A stretch of 64,000 nucleotides of DNA from an uncultured Alphaproteobacteria bacterium (GTDB taxonomy: Bacteria; Pseudomonadota; Alphaproteobacteria; Rhodobacterales; Rhodobacteraceae), in assembly GCA_963833115.1 (NCBI GenBank), contig CAWHWS010000002.1, forward strand, positions 368,173-432,172, in the 5' to 3' direction. Shown here in pieces: positions 30,722-40,649 of this stretch. Below the pieces are notes generated by a model. The model ran no database searches, was not told where the DNA came from, and saw only the letters and a list, made by a program, of their open reading frames with translations. A program made the translations under genes and the position numbers. How positions within the stretch are numbered: position 1 is the first letter of the stretch; every line of letters begins with the position of its first letter.

Positions 30722-31987
30722 TTACGTATTCACGCGCATCTCGGCTGCGCGGGCATGGCCCTCCATTCCCTCGAGGCGGCTGATCCTCGCCGAGACGGCG
30801 GCGATGGGGCCCGCGCCGCCCGCGGTCGCGCGCTGCCACGTGACGGTCTTGAGGAACTTGTGGACCGAAAGCCCGCCCGTGTAGCGCGCCGCACCCGAGG
30901 TCGGCAGGACGTGGTTGGGCCCGGCGGCCTTGTCGCCCAGTGCCACGGTCGTCTCCGCGCCCAGGAACAGCGAGCCGTAGACCCGCAGCCGCCCCAACCA
31001 CCAGTCGAGGTTCACGGCCATGACCTGAAGGTGCTCGGGCCCGATGCGGTCGGCCTGGGCGGCCATCTCCTCGCGCCCCTCGCAGAGCATCACCTCGCCC
31101 AGGTCGCGCCAGGCGGCCTCGGCGGCATGTCGGCCGTTCTCCGGCAGGGTGGCGATCAGACGGGGGACGGCGGCCATCACGGCCCCGGCAAGGGCTCTGT
31201 CGTCGGTGACGAGCCAGACGGGCGAGGTCGCGCCGTGCTCGGCCTGGCTGACGAGATCGGCGGCGACGGTGGCGGGATCGGCGGTACGGTCGGCGATCAC
31301 CATGGAGTCCGTCGGGCCCGCCACCATGTCGATCCCGACGCGGCCGAAGAGCTGACGCTTGGCCTCGGCGACATAGGCATTGCCCGGGCCGACGAGGATG
31401 TCCGCCGGCGGCAGGCCGAAGAGGCCGAAGGCCATCGCCGCGATTCCCTGGACCCCGCCGAGGGACAGGACCGCGTCGACCTGTGCCAGGTGCAGCGCGT
31501 AGAGGATTGCCGGCGGCACGCCTTCCGGACCGGCGGGCGTGGTGGCGGCGACATGCCCGACGCCCGCGACGCGCGCCGTCGCGGCCGTCATCAGAGCGCT
31601 GGTGACGTGGGCATAGCGCCCGCCCGGCACGTAGCAGCCCGCGCTGCCCAGGGGGATCTGCCTCTGGCCGGCGCGAAAGCCCGGGACGATCTCGATCTCG
31701 GTGTCGCTGGCGGTGGCCCGCTGAGCTTCGGCGAAGCGGCGGATGTTGTCGTGCGCGAACCGGATGTCGGACCGCTCGGCCGGCGTCAGCCGCTCCCCGG
31801 CGGCGGCGACCTCCTCCGGCGGGACGCGGGCCGGGCCGGTGCGGCCGTCCAGTTCCGCGGCCAGGGCCGAGGCGGCGTCCTCGCCCCCCGCCTCGACGCG
31901 TGCGAGAAGCTCGGCGACGCGGGCCCGCAGGGCCGCATCGTGCTGCGGGACGGCGGGGACGGCGGTCTTGAGATACTCCATGGTCAT
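30722..31987 (-). CDS. hpsN: HisD-fold sulfopropanediol 3-dehydrogenase HpsN-like
   Basis: DIRFAHDNIRRFAEAQ, GCYVPGGRY, GRVGIDMVAGPTDS, SQAEHG, PEHL, GGLSVHKF..TWQR match the HpsN branch of HisD; operon with cuyA. Confidence 0.75.
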   Translation of the reverse strand: MTMEYLKTAVPAVPQHDAALRARVAELLARVEAGGEDAASALAAELDGRTGPARVPPEEVAAAGERLTPAERSDIRFAHDNIRRFAEAQRATASDTEIEIVPGFRAGQRQIPLGSAGCYVPGGRYAHVTSALMTAATARVAGVGHVAATTPAGPEGVPPAILYALHLAQVDAVLSLGGVQGIAAMAFGLFGLPPADILVGPGNAYVAEAKRQLFGRVGIDMVAGPTDSMVIADRTADPATVAADLVSQAEHGATSPVWLVTDDRALAGAVMAAVPRLIATLPENGRHAAEAAWRDLGEVMLCEGREEMAAQADRIGPEHLQVMAVNLDWWLGRLRVYGSLFLGAETTVALGDKAAGPNHVLPTSGAARYTGGLSVHKFLKTVTWQRATAGGAGPIAAVSARISRLEGMEGHARAAEMRVNT

Positions 31988-32631
31988 CCTTCCCGTGAGA
32001 ACGCCGCGCAGGCGGCGACCAGCACGTCGAGCGTGTCGAGAGCGCCCGCCGCCTCGTCCGCGATGGCGCTGAACTCCGAGCAGGCGATCAGGACGGTCTC
32101 CGCGCCTCCTGCCCTGAGCTCCGCTGCGGCGGCGGCGAGGGGCGCGCGGGCCGCGGCCGGATCGCCGCGCTTCACGGCGCGGATGGCGGCGAGCATCGCG
32201 CCTTCGTCCTCCGGCCAGAGGGTGTCGTCCAGCGCCCGCTCCCATACGCCCACCCGGCGCATGGCGGGCGAGGCCAGCAGCCCCGTGCGCCCCGCGCAGC
32301 GCGCGGCCGAGAGCGCGACCATGTCGATCAACGGCACGCTCGCGGCGGCACGGATGGCCGGCGCGTAGTGGTGCGCGGTGTTGCAGGGCATCGCCAGGGC
32401 CCGCGCCCCCGCTGCCTCCAGCCGGGCCGCCATCGCGGCGAGGGTGGGGGCGGGATCGGGCCCGGTGCCGTCGATCAGGTGCGCGATGCGGCTGGGCACC
32501 TGGGGGTTCATGTCGATCAGCAGCGGGACGTGATCGGCATCGTCCGCCGCCGGCACCGCCGCGATCAGGCGGGACTGGAACAGCACGGTCGCCTCCGGCC
32601 CCATCCCGCCCAGGACGCCGATGGTCCTCAT
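31984..32631 (-). CDS. Asp/Glu racemase family, cysteate racemase CuyB-like
   Basis: IGVLGGMGPEAT, MPCNTAH and IACSE two-Cys motifs; coupled in the cuyA operon. Confidence 0.8.
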   Translation of the reverse strand: MRTIGVLGGMGPEATVLFQSRLIAAVPAADDADHVPLLIDMNPQVPSRIAHLIDGTGPDPAPTLAAMAARLEAAGARALAMPCNTAHHYAPAIRAAASVPLIDMVALSAARCAGRTGLLASPAMRRVGVWERALDDTLWPEDEGAMLAAIRAVKRGDPAAARAPLAAAAAELRAGGAETVLIACSEFSAIADEAAGALDTLDVLVAACAAFSREG

Positions 32632-33821
32632 GCCGGCAGGCAGTCGCGCACGATCGCGGCGATGGCGCGCGCGTCGCCCTCCTCGAAGGTCAGCGGCAGG
32701 CGCAGGTCGAACAGGCTCGCCAGCACCGCGTCGGTGCGCGGCAGCGACTGCGCGGGCACGTAGCGCCAGGAGGCGTGGGCCGAGGTGAAGCCTTCGGGCT
32801 CCGCCGCCCCGAACCATTTGAGGACGACGCCGCGCGCCCCGGCGCTCTCCATCAGCGCCCGGCACCCTTTGGGCGCGAGCCCCGGCACGCGGAACTGGAA
32901 GGACGATCCCACCGGCGTCTCGCAATCCGGCCGGCGCGGCAGGGCCACCCCTGGCGCGCCCTCCATCGCCGCCGTCATCGCGCCATGCAGCGCGCGCCAG
33001 CGGGCGCAGGCGGCATTCAGCCCCGCCAGCTGGGGCCGCAGGATCGCGGCTCGCAGCTCGTCCATCCGCGCGCTCGTGTTGGGCATGTCCCAGCGCGCGT
33101 CCTCGAACGCGGACGCAGGCGGCGGCGCGCCGTGACGGTCGTGAAGCATGTAGGAGCCCGAGAGCAGGATCGCGCGGGCCATGAACTCGGGGTCCGAGGA
33201 CGTCAGCAGCCCCCCCTCGCCCGAGTTGAGGTGCTTGTAGGTCTGCGTCGAGAAGCAACCCGCGAGGCCGAGATTGCCAGATCGCACGCCTCGCCATTCG
33301 GCGCCCATCGTATGCGCGCAGTCCTCGATGAGGATGACGTCGCGCTCGGCGCAGATCGCCGCCATCCGGTCCATGTCCGGCAGATGCCCGCGCATGTGCG
33401 AGAGCATCAGCGCCTTCGCCCCCGGCGCCTTGGCCGCGAGGTCGCCCGCGTCGATCCGCAGGTCCTCGCCGATCTCCACCAGCACCGCTTGCGCGCCCAC
33501 GGCCGCGATGGCGCCCGGCACCGGCGCCAGGGTGAAGGCGTTGGTCAGCACCCGGTCGCCCGGCGCCACGCCCGCCGCGCGCAGGGCGATCTGCATCGCC
33601 TGCCCGCCCGAGGCGACGGCGAGGCAATGCGCCGCGCCCTGCCAGGCCGCGAACTCCCGCTCCAGGGCCGCGGCCTCCGACGGCTCCGCGCCGTAGCGGT
33701 GGAGCGCGCCCGAGCGCAGCACGCGGTCCGCGGCCGCGAGGCTCGCCTCCGGCAGCGGCGCCTGGGCGGTGAAGGACTTCTCGAAGCGGGCCGGGGCGAG
33801 GGGCGCCCCCTGGCGACCCAC
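32628..33821 (-). CDS. DegT/DnrJ/EryC1/StrS family PLP aminotransferase
   Basis: LAVASGG, IEDCAH, STQTYKHLNSGEGG; GTG start overlaps cuyA TAG. Confidence 0.85.
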   Translation of the reverse strand: MGRQGAPLAPARFEKSFTAQAPLPEASLAAADRVLRSGALHRYGAEPSEAAALEREFAAWQGAAHCLAVASGGQAMQIALRAAGVAPGDRVLTNAFTLAPVPGAIAAVGAQAVLVEIGEDLRIDAGDLAAKAPGAKALMLSHMRGHLPDMDRMAAICAERDVILIEDCAHTMGAEWRGVRSGNLGLAGCFSTQTYKHLNSGEGGLLTSSDPEFMARAILLSGSYMLHDRHGAPPPASAFEDARWDMPNTSARMDELRAAILRPQLAGLNAACARWRALHGAMTAAMEGAPGVALPRRPDCETPVGSSFQFRVPGLAPKGCRALMESAGARGVVLKWFGAAEPEGFTSAHASWRYVPAQSLPRTDAVLASLFDLRLPLTFEEGDARAIAAIVRDCLPA

Positions 33822-34816
33822 TAGCCGTCCCCGAAGGCGAAGTCGTAGCCGAAGAGACCGACCGACCCGCCGGTATGCAGGAACAGGGTCCGCTCGCCCG
33901 CCAGCGTGCCGTTGCCGATCAGGTCGATCAGCCCCGCCGCGCCCTTGGCCGAATAGACCGGATCGAGGAGGATCCCCTCCAGCTCCGCGAAGAGACGGAT
34001 CGCGGCGAGACCGCCCTTGGTCGGGATGCCGTAGCCCTCGCCCACGTAGTCGGTGTTGGCCACCACGTCGGCCTCGCCGACGCAGCCCGCCGCCCCGATC
34101 CGCTCGGCCGTGCGCTCGGCCAGATCGCGCACCATCCGCTCCTGCTTCTCCTTCGGCGCGCGCGTGCCGATCCCCAGGACCGGCAGCCCCGCGCGCATCG
34201 CCGTCAGCCCCGCGACCAAGCCCGCCTGCGTGCCGGACGACCCCGTCGCGTGGACCAGCCGGTCGAAGGCCACCCCGGCCTCGGCGCATTGCGCCATCAC
34301 CTCCAGCGCGCAGTTGACGTAGCCCAGCGCGCCGGTGGGGTTCGAGCCGCCGCCGGGGATGGTGTAGACCGTGCGCCCCTCGGCCCTCGCCCGTTCGGCC
34401 GCGGCCTCCATCAGCTCGGGCATGTCGGCGCCGTTCGGATGCCGCTCGACGCTCGCGCCGTGCAGGCGGTCCAGCAGGACGTTGCCGTTGCTAAGGTAGT
34501 TGTCGTTCGCATAGCCCGCCCGGTCCTCCAGCAGGACGTGGCACCCCATCCCCATCCGTGCCGCCGCGGCGGCGGTCTGGCGGGCGTGGTTGGACTGCAC
34601 GGCGCCTTGGGTCATCACCATGTCCGCCCCCGCCTCGCGCGCCTCGGCCATGAGGTATTCGAGCTTGCGGGTCTTGTTGCCCCCCGTCGACAGGCCCGTG
34701 CAGTCGTCGCGCTTGATCCAGATCTCGGCGCCCAACGCCTCCGACAGACGCGGCATCGGCTCCAGGGGCGTGGGCAGATGGCCGAGGCGGACGCGGGGAA
34801 ACTTCGCGATGTTCAT
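33821..34816 (-). CDS. cuyA: Cysteate sulfo-lyase CuyA (D-cysteine desulfhydrase family)
   Basis: [58 protein letters not shown]; closely resembles Roseobacter CuyA as I recall it. Confidence 0.85.
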   Translation of the reverse strand: MNIAKFPRVRLGHLPTPLEPMPRLSEALGAEIWIKRDDCTGLSTGGNKTRKLEYLMAEAREAGADMVMTQGAVQSNHARQTAAAAARMGMGCHVLLEDRAGYANDNYLSNGNVLLDRLHGASVERHPNGADMPELMEAAAERARAEGRTVYTIPGGGSNPTGALGYVNCALEVMAQCAEAGVAFDRLVHATGSSGTQAGLVAGLTAMRAGLPVLGIGTRAPKEKQERMVRDLAERTAERIGAAGCVGEADVVANTDYVGEGYGIPTKGGLAAIRLFAELEGILLDPVYSAKGAAGLIDLIGNGTLAGERTLFLHTGGSVGLFGYDFAFGDG

Positions 34817-34826
34817 GGCAAATCCA

Positions 34827-35405
34827 TCAATGGCAGGTGATCGGCAGGGTGGCCCCGCGGACGGCGAAGAGCTTCGATCCGCAGACGAAGGGCGGTGCGC
34901 CATAGCGGTCGGTGAAGACGCGGGAGGAATGCGGCGTGCCGGTGAAGCCGCATCCCGGAGCGATATCGGGAACGCTCCGGTCCGTCGATCCCAGGAGGAG
35001 CCGCGTCCGTTCGGGACGCGAGGAACGGTGATGCGACGAGGGAGCGGCGGCGCAGAGAGCGGCGGCGCCCATTCGGGGCGGAGCGATCGATCTGAGGAGG
35101 GACAGCGCCGGACCGCCCCATGCGGCCGATGCGCGGCAGGATCCGCCTTGCGTGGTCCTCGACCCCCGATCCGCCTGGAACGACGAGGAGATCGGGGTCC
35201 TCTTCGGCCGGCGCGCATCGCGCGGACGATCCTCCGAGCGTTTCGACGAGGGCGCGCCGTCCGCCGAAATGAATCGGCAGCGCGCGAATGCGGTGCCGGA
35301 CAGGCGGCGCGCGATGCCGATCACGTCCGAGACGAGAGCGACCTCCGTCGCCACGAAACCCGGCGCGACGTGGATCTCGACGGCGCGGGCGCGGGCGCGG
35401 ATCAT
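34827..35405 (-). pseudogene. Collapsed GlxA/AraC-family regulator
   Basis: N-terminal EIHVAPGFVATEVALVSDV and C-terminal [33 protein letters not shown] in only 192 codons with a scrambled middle. Confidence 0.7.
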
Positions 35406-37807
35406 CGGCGGAGGCGATCGAAGCCCGGATCGTAGGGGGCGGGCGCGATCACCTCGGCCGTGTGGGGCGCGCCGATCACGTCGACGGTCAGCGCGGTACC
35501 CGTCTCGGCGAGGTCGGGCCGCACGAAGGCCAAGGCGAGGTTGCGGCCGGTCCTGTGCCCCATGGCCGCCGAGCTCACCGTGCCGACGACGGCCCCGTCC
35601 AGGCGGACCGAAGCGCCGCCATGGCTGGGGGCGTGATCGGCGTCGACGGCCAGCGTGACCAACCGGGCCGTCGGCCCGCTCTCCCGTCGCGCAGCGAGCG
35701 CATCGGCCCCGACATAGCCGCCGCCGGGCCGCACGAAGCGCCCGAGGCCGGTCTCGTAGGGGTCGAACTCGGTGAGGATGTCGGCCTTCCAGTGCAGGAA
35801 GCTCTTCTCCAGCCGCATGGACTCCACGGCGCGCGAGCCGAAGAGGGTGTCCGCGCCGGCCGCGCGCAGGGCGCGCCACGCCGCGACCAGGCTTTCGTTG
35901 GGCACGTGGATCTCGTAGGCGAGCTCGCCCGAGAAGCTCACCGCCATCACCGTGGCGGGCGCGATGCCGATCTCCGCCTCGCGCACCGACAGCCAGGAGA
36001 AGCCCGCCGCCGACCAGTCGCCCCGCGCCGCACGCGAGAGGACCTCGCGCGAGCGGGGCCCCGCCAGCAGCAGGATCGTGTGCGAGCTCGTCAGGTCGTG
36101 GATCGCCACGTCCTCGTCGGCGCGCAGATGGGCGCGCATCCAGTCGTGGTCGTGCCGCTGCGCCGCCGCCGCCGAGCCCAGCCAGACCCGGCCGGGGGCG
36201 AGGTTGGCGACCGTGACCTCGGACTTCAGGCAGCCATGGTCGTTGAGCCAGTAGGTGAGGCCGACCCGGCCCGCCCTCTTGGGGATGCGCGAGCACGACA
36301 GCCGCTCGAGGAAGCCGTGCGCGTCCGCCCCCCGCAGCTCGAAACGCGAGAAGCCCGACACCTCGGTGATCGCGACGTTCTCGGCCACCGCGCGAACCTC
36401 GGCGGCGATGATCGGCTCGGCGTTCGTGAAGCGGAAGGAATGGGCTTCGACGAAGCCCTCCGGCGCGGCGTACTCGGCCCGCTCCCAGCCTGCGACGGTC
36501 CCCATGTGGGCGCCTGCGGCCTCCAGGGACGCGGTCAGAGGCGTGGTCCGCACGGGGCGCCCTGCCGGGCGATGCTCGTGCGGGAAGTGGAATCGGAACT
36601 CGTTTCGGTAGTCCTCGACGGCCTTGAGCGCCGTGTAGCCCACCGTCCCGTGCGCGAGGAAGCGGCGCGGATCGATGCACCACGTGTCGTATTGCGCCTC
36701 GCCGTGCACGATCTGCTGGGCGAGGAGCCAGCCATGCCCCCCGCCCTCGCCGAGCCCCGCCCTGAGGCCGGTGATGCAGAACGCGTTCCGCAAGCCCGGG
36801 ATCGGGCCCACGAGGGGGGCGCCGTCGATGGTGTAGGTGATCGGCCCGTTGACGATCTGCTTGATCCCGGCCGTCTCCAGCGCCGGCATCCGGGCCGTCG
36901 CGCCCTCGATCACCGGCATCACGCGGTCGAGGTCGTCGGGGCAGAGGTCCATGGTGAATCCGGGGTCGATCCCGTCCATGCCCCAGGGCCGGCAGTCCTG
37001 CTCGTAGAAGCCGACCAGCAGACCGTCCCGCTCCTGGCGCGAGTAATAGTCGGAGATCGGGCAGCGCAGGAGCGGGATGCGGCGCCCGGCCTGGGCGACC
37101 TCCGGCATGGCTTCCGTCACGAAATACTGGTGCTCCATCGACGCGACGGGCAGACGATGGCCCATCATCTCGGCGATCTCGTTGCAACGGTAGCCGCCGG
37201 CGTTGACCACGATCTCCGCCTCGATCTCGCCCTCGGGGGTGGTGATCGTCCAGGTGCCGTCCGGCCGCCGTGCGATTCCCGTCACGGGGCATTTGCGCAC
37301 GACTTCGGCCCCCGCCTTGCGCGCACGGGCCAGGAGGGCGGCGCAGAGCTGCGAGGGGTCGATGTGCCCGTCATGCGGGTCCCAGAGCCCGCCGGCGAGC
37401 CCGTCCGTGGAGATCAACGGATGCCGCCGCGCGCATTCGGCCGCATCGATCACCTCCCAGTGCTGATCCATCCCCTCGGCCATGGAGGCGAAGTGGCGAT
37501 AGCCCTCCATGGTGCGCTCGTCGCCGGCCAGCCGGATGCCGCCGTCGCCGTAATTGTATCCGACGGGATGATCGGGATCGGCGGCGAGGTCGCGGTAGAG
37601 CGCGATCGAGTGGGCCTTCAGGGCGACCATCGTCTGGTTCATTCCGAAGGACGTCACCTGCGCCGCCGAGTGCCACGTCGTGCCGGACGTGATCTCGTCG
37701 CGCTCGAGGAGCACGACGTCGGACCATCCCTCTCGCGTCAGGTGGTAGAGGGCGGAGCACCCGGCGATGCCGCCGCCTATCACCACCACCTTCGCCGTGC
37801 CGCGCAT
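35402..37807 (-). CDS. GcvT-family FAD oxidoreductase (dimethylglycine/sarcosine dehydrogenase-like)
   Basis: VIGGGIAG, GTTWHSA, GPITYTIDG, ESMRLEKSF, C-terminal aminomethyltransferase domain. Confidence 0.92.
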   Translation of the reverse strand: MRGTAKVVVIGGGIAGCSALYHLTREGWSDVVLLERDEITSGTTWHSAAQVTSFGMNQTMVALKAHSIALYRDLAADPDHPVGYNYGDGGIRLAGDERTMEGYRHFASMAEGMDQHWEVIDAAECARRHPLISTDGLAGGLWDPHDGHIDPSQLCAALLARARKAGAEVVRKCPVTGIARRPDGTWTITTPEGEIEAEIVVNAGGYRCNEIAEMMGHRLPVASMEHQYFVTEAMPEVAQAGRRIPLLRCPISDYYSRQERDGLLVGFYEQDCRPWGMDGIDPGFTMDLCPDDLDRVMPVIEGATARMPALETAGIKQIVNGPITYTIDGAPLVGPIPGLRNAFCITGLRAGLGEGGGHGWLLAQQIVHGEAQYDTWCIDPRRFLAHGTVGYTALKAVEDYRNEFRFHFPHEHRPAGRPVRTTPLTASLEAAGAHMGTVAGWERAEYAAPEGFVEAHSFRFTNAEPIIAAEVRAVAENVAITEVSGFSRFELRGADAHGFLERLSCSRIPKRAGRVGLTYWLNDHGCLKSEVTVANLAPGRVWLGSAAAAQRHDHDWMRAHLRADEDVAIHDLTSSHTILLLAGPRSREVLSRAARGDWSAAGFSWLSVREAEIGIAPATVMAVSFSGELAYEIHVPNESLVAAWRALRAAGADTLFGSRAVESMRLEKSFLHWKADILTEFDPYETGLGRFVRPGGGYVGADALAARRESGPTARLVTLAVDADHAPSHGGASVRLDGAVVGTVSSAAMGHRTGRNLALAFVRPDLAETGTALTVDVIGAPHTAEVIAPAPYDPGFDRLRR

Positions 37808-37875
37808 CCGCCTCTCCTCCTGGGCACGGACGTGTTCCGGGGGACGGCGCGCATCGTCAATCGGACCGTCGCCGT

Positions 37876-37890
37876 TTCAACGTTTTAGAA
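37876..37890. promoter_or_regulatory. Candidate LysR site TTC-N9-GAA in divergent promoter
   Basis: TTCAACGTTTTAGAA, same geometry as the site at 40482-40496. Confidence 0.35.
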
Positions 37891-37992
37891 GCCCTCGTTC
37901 CGATTTCTCGCGTCGGCCCGGAACGCTTGCGGCGCGCCGGCCCGGGAGAACACAACCGTGGGCAGGCGCCACGTCGACGCCAGGGACACGCG

Positions 37993-39513
37993 ATGACCGA
38001 ATCGGCGCGGCGAAGGAGCGGAGGGCGGCGCGAGCGCGTCGCGAAGCGGGCCGCCCCCCCGGTGCACGACCCCTGTCCTCCCGGACAGCCCGGGGGCACG
38101 TATCGCCCGCTCACCGAGCCTCAGCTCGATGCCATCGTCGACACCGCCCTGCGGCTCCTGGAGGAGCTGGGCATGGGCGAGGTGCCCGGCCGGCTGCGCG
38201 CCGACCTGATCGAGGCGGGCGCCGTCGACGCGGGCGACCGAATCCTGATCCCGCGTGCCATGGCGCAAAGGGCCATCGACCGCGCCCCCAAGCGCTTCGT
38301 CCTCCATGGCAGGGATCCGGCGCGCTCGATCGAGGTCGGCGGCGACCGGGTGTATTTCGGGACCGGCGGCGCCGCGGTGCAGACGCTCGATCTCGACACC
38401 GGCCTCTACCGGCCGTCGTCCCTCGCCGACCTGCGGGACTTCACGCGGCTGCAGGACACGCTGGCGAACGTCTCGTGGTTCACGCGCTGCTGCGTGGCGA
38501 CCGACATGCCCACCGATCTGGAGCTCGACGCGAACACGCTCCACGCGCTGCTGGCGAACACCACCAAGCCGATCGCGACGTCCTTCACCACCGCGCTGAC
38601 CGTCCCGCCGCTGCTGGAGATGCTCGACATCGCGGCGGGCGGCGCGGGCAGGTTCGCCGAGCGACCCTTCCTCAAGGTCCATATCAGCCCCGTGATCTCC
38701 CCGCTGCGCTTCGGGGAGGACGCGATCGACGTGCTCTACGCCTGCCTGGACGCGAACATCCCCGTCTCGTGCATCACCGCCGCGCAATCGGGCGCGACCG
38801 CTCCGGCCGCGCTGGCCGGCTTCCTCGCGCAGTCGCTCGCCGAGACCCTCGCGAGCCTCGTGGCGGTGAACGTCATCCGTCCCGGCCATCCGATGGTGTT
38901 CTCGAACTGGCCGCTCGTGATCGACCTCCGCACGGGCGCCTTCGCGGGCGGGGGCGGTGAGATCGCCGTCCTCAACGCGGCCTCCGCGCAGCTCTCGAAC
39001 CATCTGGGCCTGCCCTCGGGCGTCGCCTCCTCGATGACCGACGCCAAGTCGATCGATGCCCAGCACGGGGCCGAGAAGGCGCTGACGGCGCTGGCCGCGG
39101 GGCTCGCCGGGGGGAACCTCGTCTACGAATCGTCGGGCATGACCGCCTCGCTCCTGGGCGCGTCCTTCGAGGCGTTCCTGCTCGACGACGAGATGCACAG
39201 CGCGATCTACCGGATCCTGCGCGGGATCGAGGTCGACGAGACGACGCTGGGTTTCGACACGATCCGCGAGGCGGTGCTGGGCGAGGGTCATTTCCTGGGC
39301 CATCCGCAGACCTATGCCGCGATGGAGCGGGACTACCACTACCCCGTCCTCGCCGACCGCGTCCCGCCCTCGCAATGGGAGGAGGAAGGCGCGCGGGATG
39401 CCTGGTCCCGCGCCCGCGCCCGGGCGCGCCAGATCCTCGCCACCCACCGCCCGGCCTACTTGTCGCCCGAGCAGGACGCGGCGATGCGGGACGTCGCGCC
39501 GCTCAGGGACTGA
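37993..39513 (+). CDS. Non-pyrrolysine trimethylamine methyltransferase (MttB/MtgB) family protein
   Basis: YFGTGGAA, ISPVISPLRFG, GGNLVYESSGM, GEGHFLGHPQT; no in-frame TAG. Confidence 0.9.
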   Translation: MTESARRRSGGRRERVAKRAAPPVHDPCPPGQPGGTYRPLTEPQLDAIVDTALRLLEELGMGEVPGRLRADLIEAGAVDAGDRILIPRAMAQRAIDRAPKRFVLHGRDPARSIEVGGDRVYFGTGGAAVQTLDLDTGLYRPSSLADLRDFTRLQDTLANVSWFTRCCVATDMPTDLELDANTLHALLANTTKPIATSFTTALTVPPLLEMLDIAAGGAGRFAERPFLKVHISPVISPLRFGEDAIDVLYACLDANIPVSCITAAQSGATAPAALAGFLAQSLAETLASLVAVNVIRPGHPMVFSNWPLVIDLRTGAFAGGGGEIAVLNAASAQLSNHLGLPSGVASSMTDAKSIDAQHGAEKALTALAAGLAGGNLVYESSGMTASLLGASFEAFLLDDEMHSAIYRILRGIEVDETTLGFDTIREAVLGEGHFLGHPQTYAAMERDYHYPVLADRVPPSQWEEEGARDAWSRARARARQILATHRPAYLSPEQDAAMRDVAPLRD

Positions 39514-40468
39514 GCCCCTCCAGACGGACCTGGCCGTCGAGCCATGGGAAGCGGGTCACCACCGGCGCCACGCAGGCCTCCGAGACGAGCTGCCTCAGGA
39601 TGCCTATGATCCGCCCCGCGATCTCGGGAGGCGCGTCGGAGCGCCCATAGAGCGCGACGGAGCGGGAGAACGCCGGGATCGGCAGCGGCTGCAGGCGGAC
39701 GGCCTCGCGGAAGCGCCAGGCCCGCTCATAGGCGAGCGGCGTCACGATGGCCCAGCCCTGCGCCGCCCCGACCAGGGCCATGATCGACGCGGCATCGTCG
39801 AACTCGTAGCGCGGTCGCGGAACGATGGCGCTGCGACGGAGATGGGCATCGATCTGCTGGCCGAGCAGATGGCGCCGCGAGTACCGCACCATCGGCAAGC
39901 CCTCGTCGCGCAGGTGCATCATCGGGTCGAGGGCGTCGGCATGGTGCGTGGCCATCACGAAGGGATCGCGCAGGATCGGCTGGACGGTCAGGCCGGGGGG
40001 GACGGAGCCCGACTCGGCGGCGACGGCGAAGTCGATCTCGTGGGCGGCGAGCTGCTCGAGCGCGTCGAGGCTCGTCAAGCTGCGCACCGAGAGCGACGCC
40101 TTGGGCATCGCCCGCGTCAGGGCGAGCGCGATGTCCGGACCGATGCGGCCCTCGAACTCGTCGATCAAGCCCAGCCTCAGGGCCCGCGTCGATGAGATCG
40201 CGCCGATCTCGGTCTCGCTCTTTGCCAGGCGGATCTGGCGCAGCCCCTCCTCGATGCGGATGAGGAAGTTCTGCCCCTGGCCGGTCACCCGGATGGGCCG
40301 TCGCGATCGATCGAGAAGCGTCGTCCCGAGCTCCTGCTCCAGCCGCCCGAGGTGGTGGAAGACCGAGCTGATCGACATGTCGAGCTCGCGGGCGGCATCG
40401 CGCAGCGACAGCGTCCGCGCCACCGTCTCGAAGACCTCCAGCGCCTGCATGGAAAGCCGTGACCTCAT
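39503..40468 (-). CDS. LysR family transcriptional regulator
   Basis: ALEVFETVARTLSLRDAARELDMSISSV HTH, LLDRSRRPIRVT. Confidence 0.92.
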   Translation of the reverse strand: MRSRLSMQALEVFETVARTLSLRDAARELDMSISSVFHHLGRLEQELGTTLLDRSRRPIRVTGQGQNFLIRIEEGLRQIRLAKSETEIGAISSTRALRLGLIDEFEGRIGPDIALALTRAMPKASLSVRSLTSLDALEQLAAHEIDFAVAAESGSVPPGLTVQPILRDPFVMATHHADALDPMMHLRDEGLPMVRYSRRHLLGQQIDAHLRRSAIVPRPRYEFDDAASIMALVGAAQGWAIVTPLAYERAWRFREAVRLQPLPIPAFSRSVALYGRSDAPPEIAGRIIGILRQLVSEACVAPVVTRFPWLDGQVRLEGLSP

Positions 40469-40480
40469 CCGTCGCCCCGT

Positions 40481-40497
40481 TTTCGCTCGTGGCGAAA
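40481..40497. promoter_or_regulatory. Inverted repeat / LysR T-N11-A site upstream of lysR
   Basis: TTTCGC-TCGTG-GCGAAA perfect 6-bp arms. Confidence 0.5.
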
Positions 40498-40649
40498 CGT
40501 AGATTTCGGATTGTCGAACGTGTCAATGCACGGTCCCTATCGAGGGGCCGACCTCCGGACGGCGATGGTGCTCGGCGTCACGGGAGGCCGGCCGAACGGA
40601 AGAGACGACTGCGATATTCGAGTTTCCCGGAGCGGGCCTCGCGGTCGGA

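Noticed and set aside
30722-31987. Annotation as biosynthetic histidinol dehydrogenase hisD
   Set aside because: Motifs and the cuyA context fit the HpsN branch; no his genes nearby
37993-39513. Possible pyrrolysine read-through in MttB
   Set aside because: No in-frame TAG and no pyl genes
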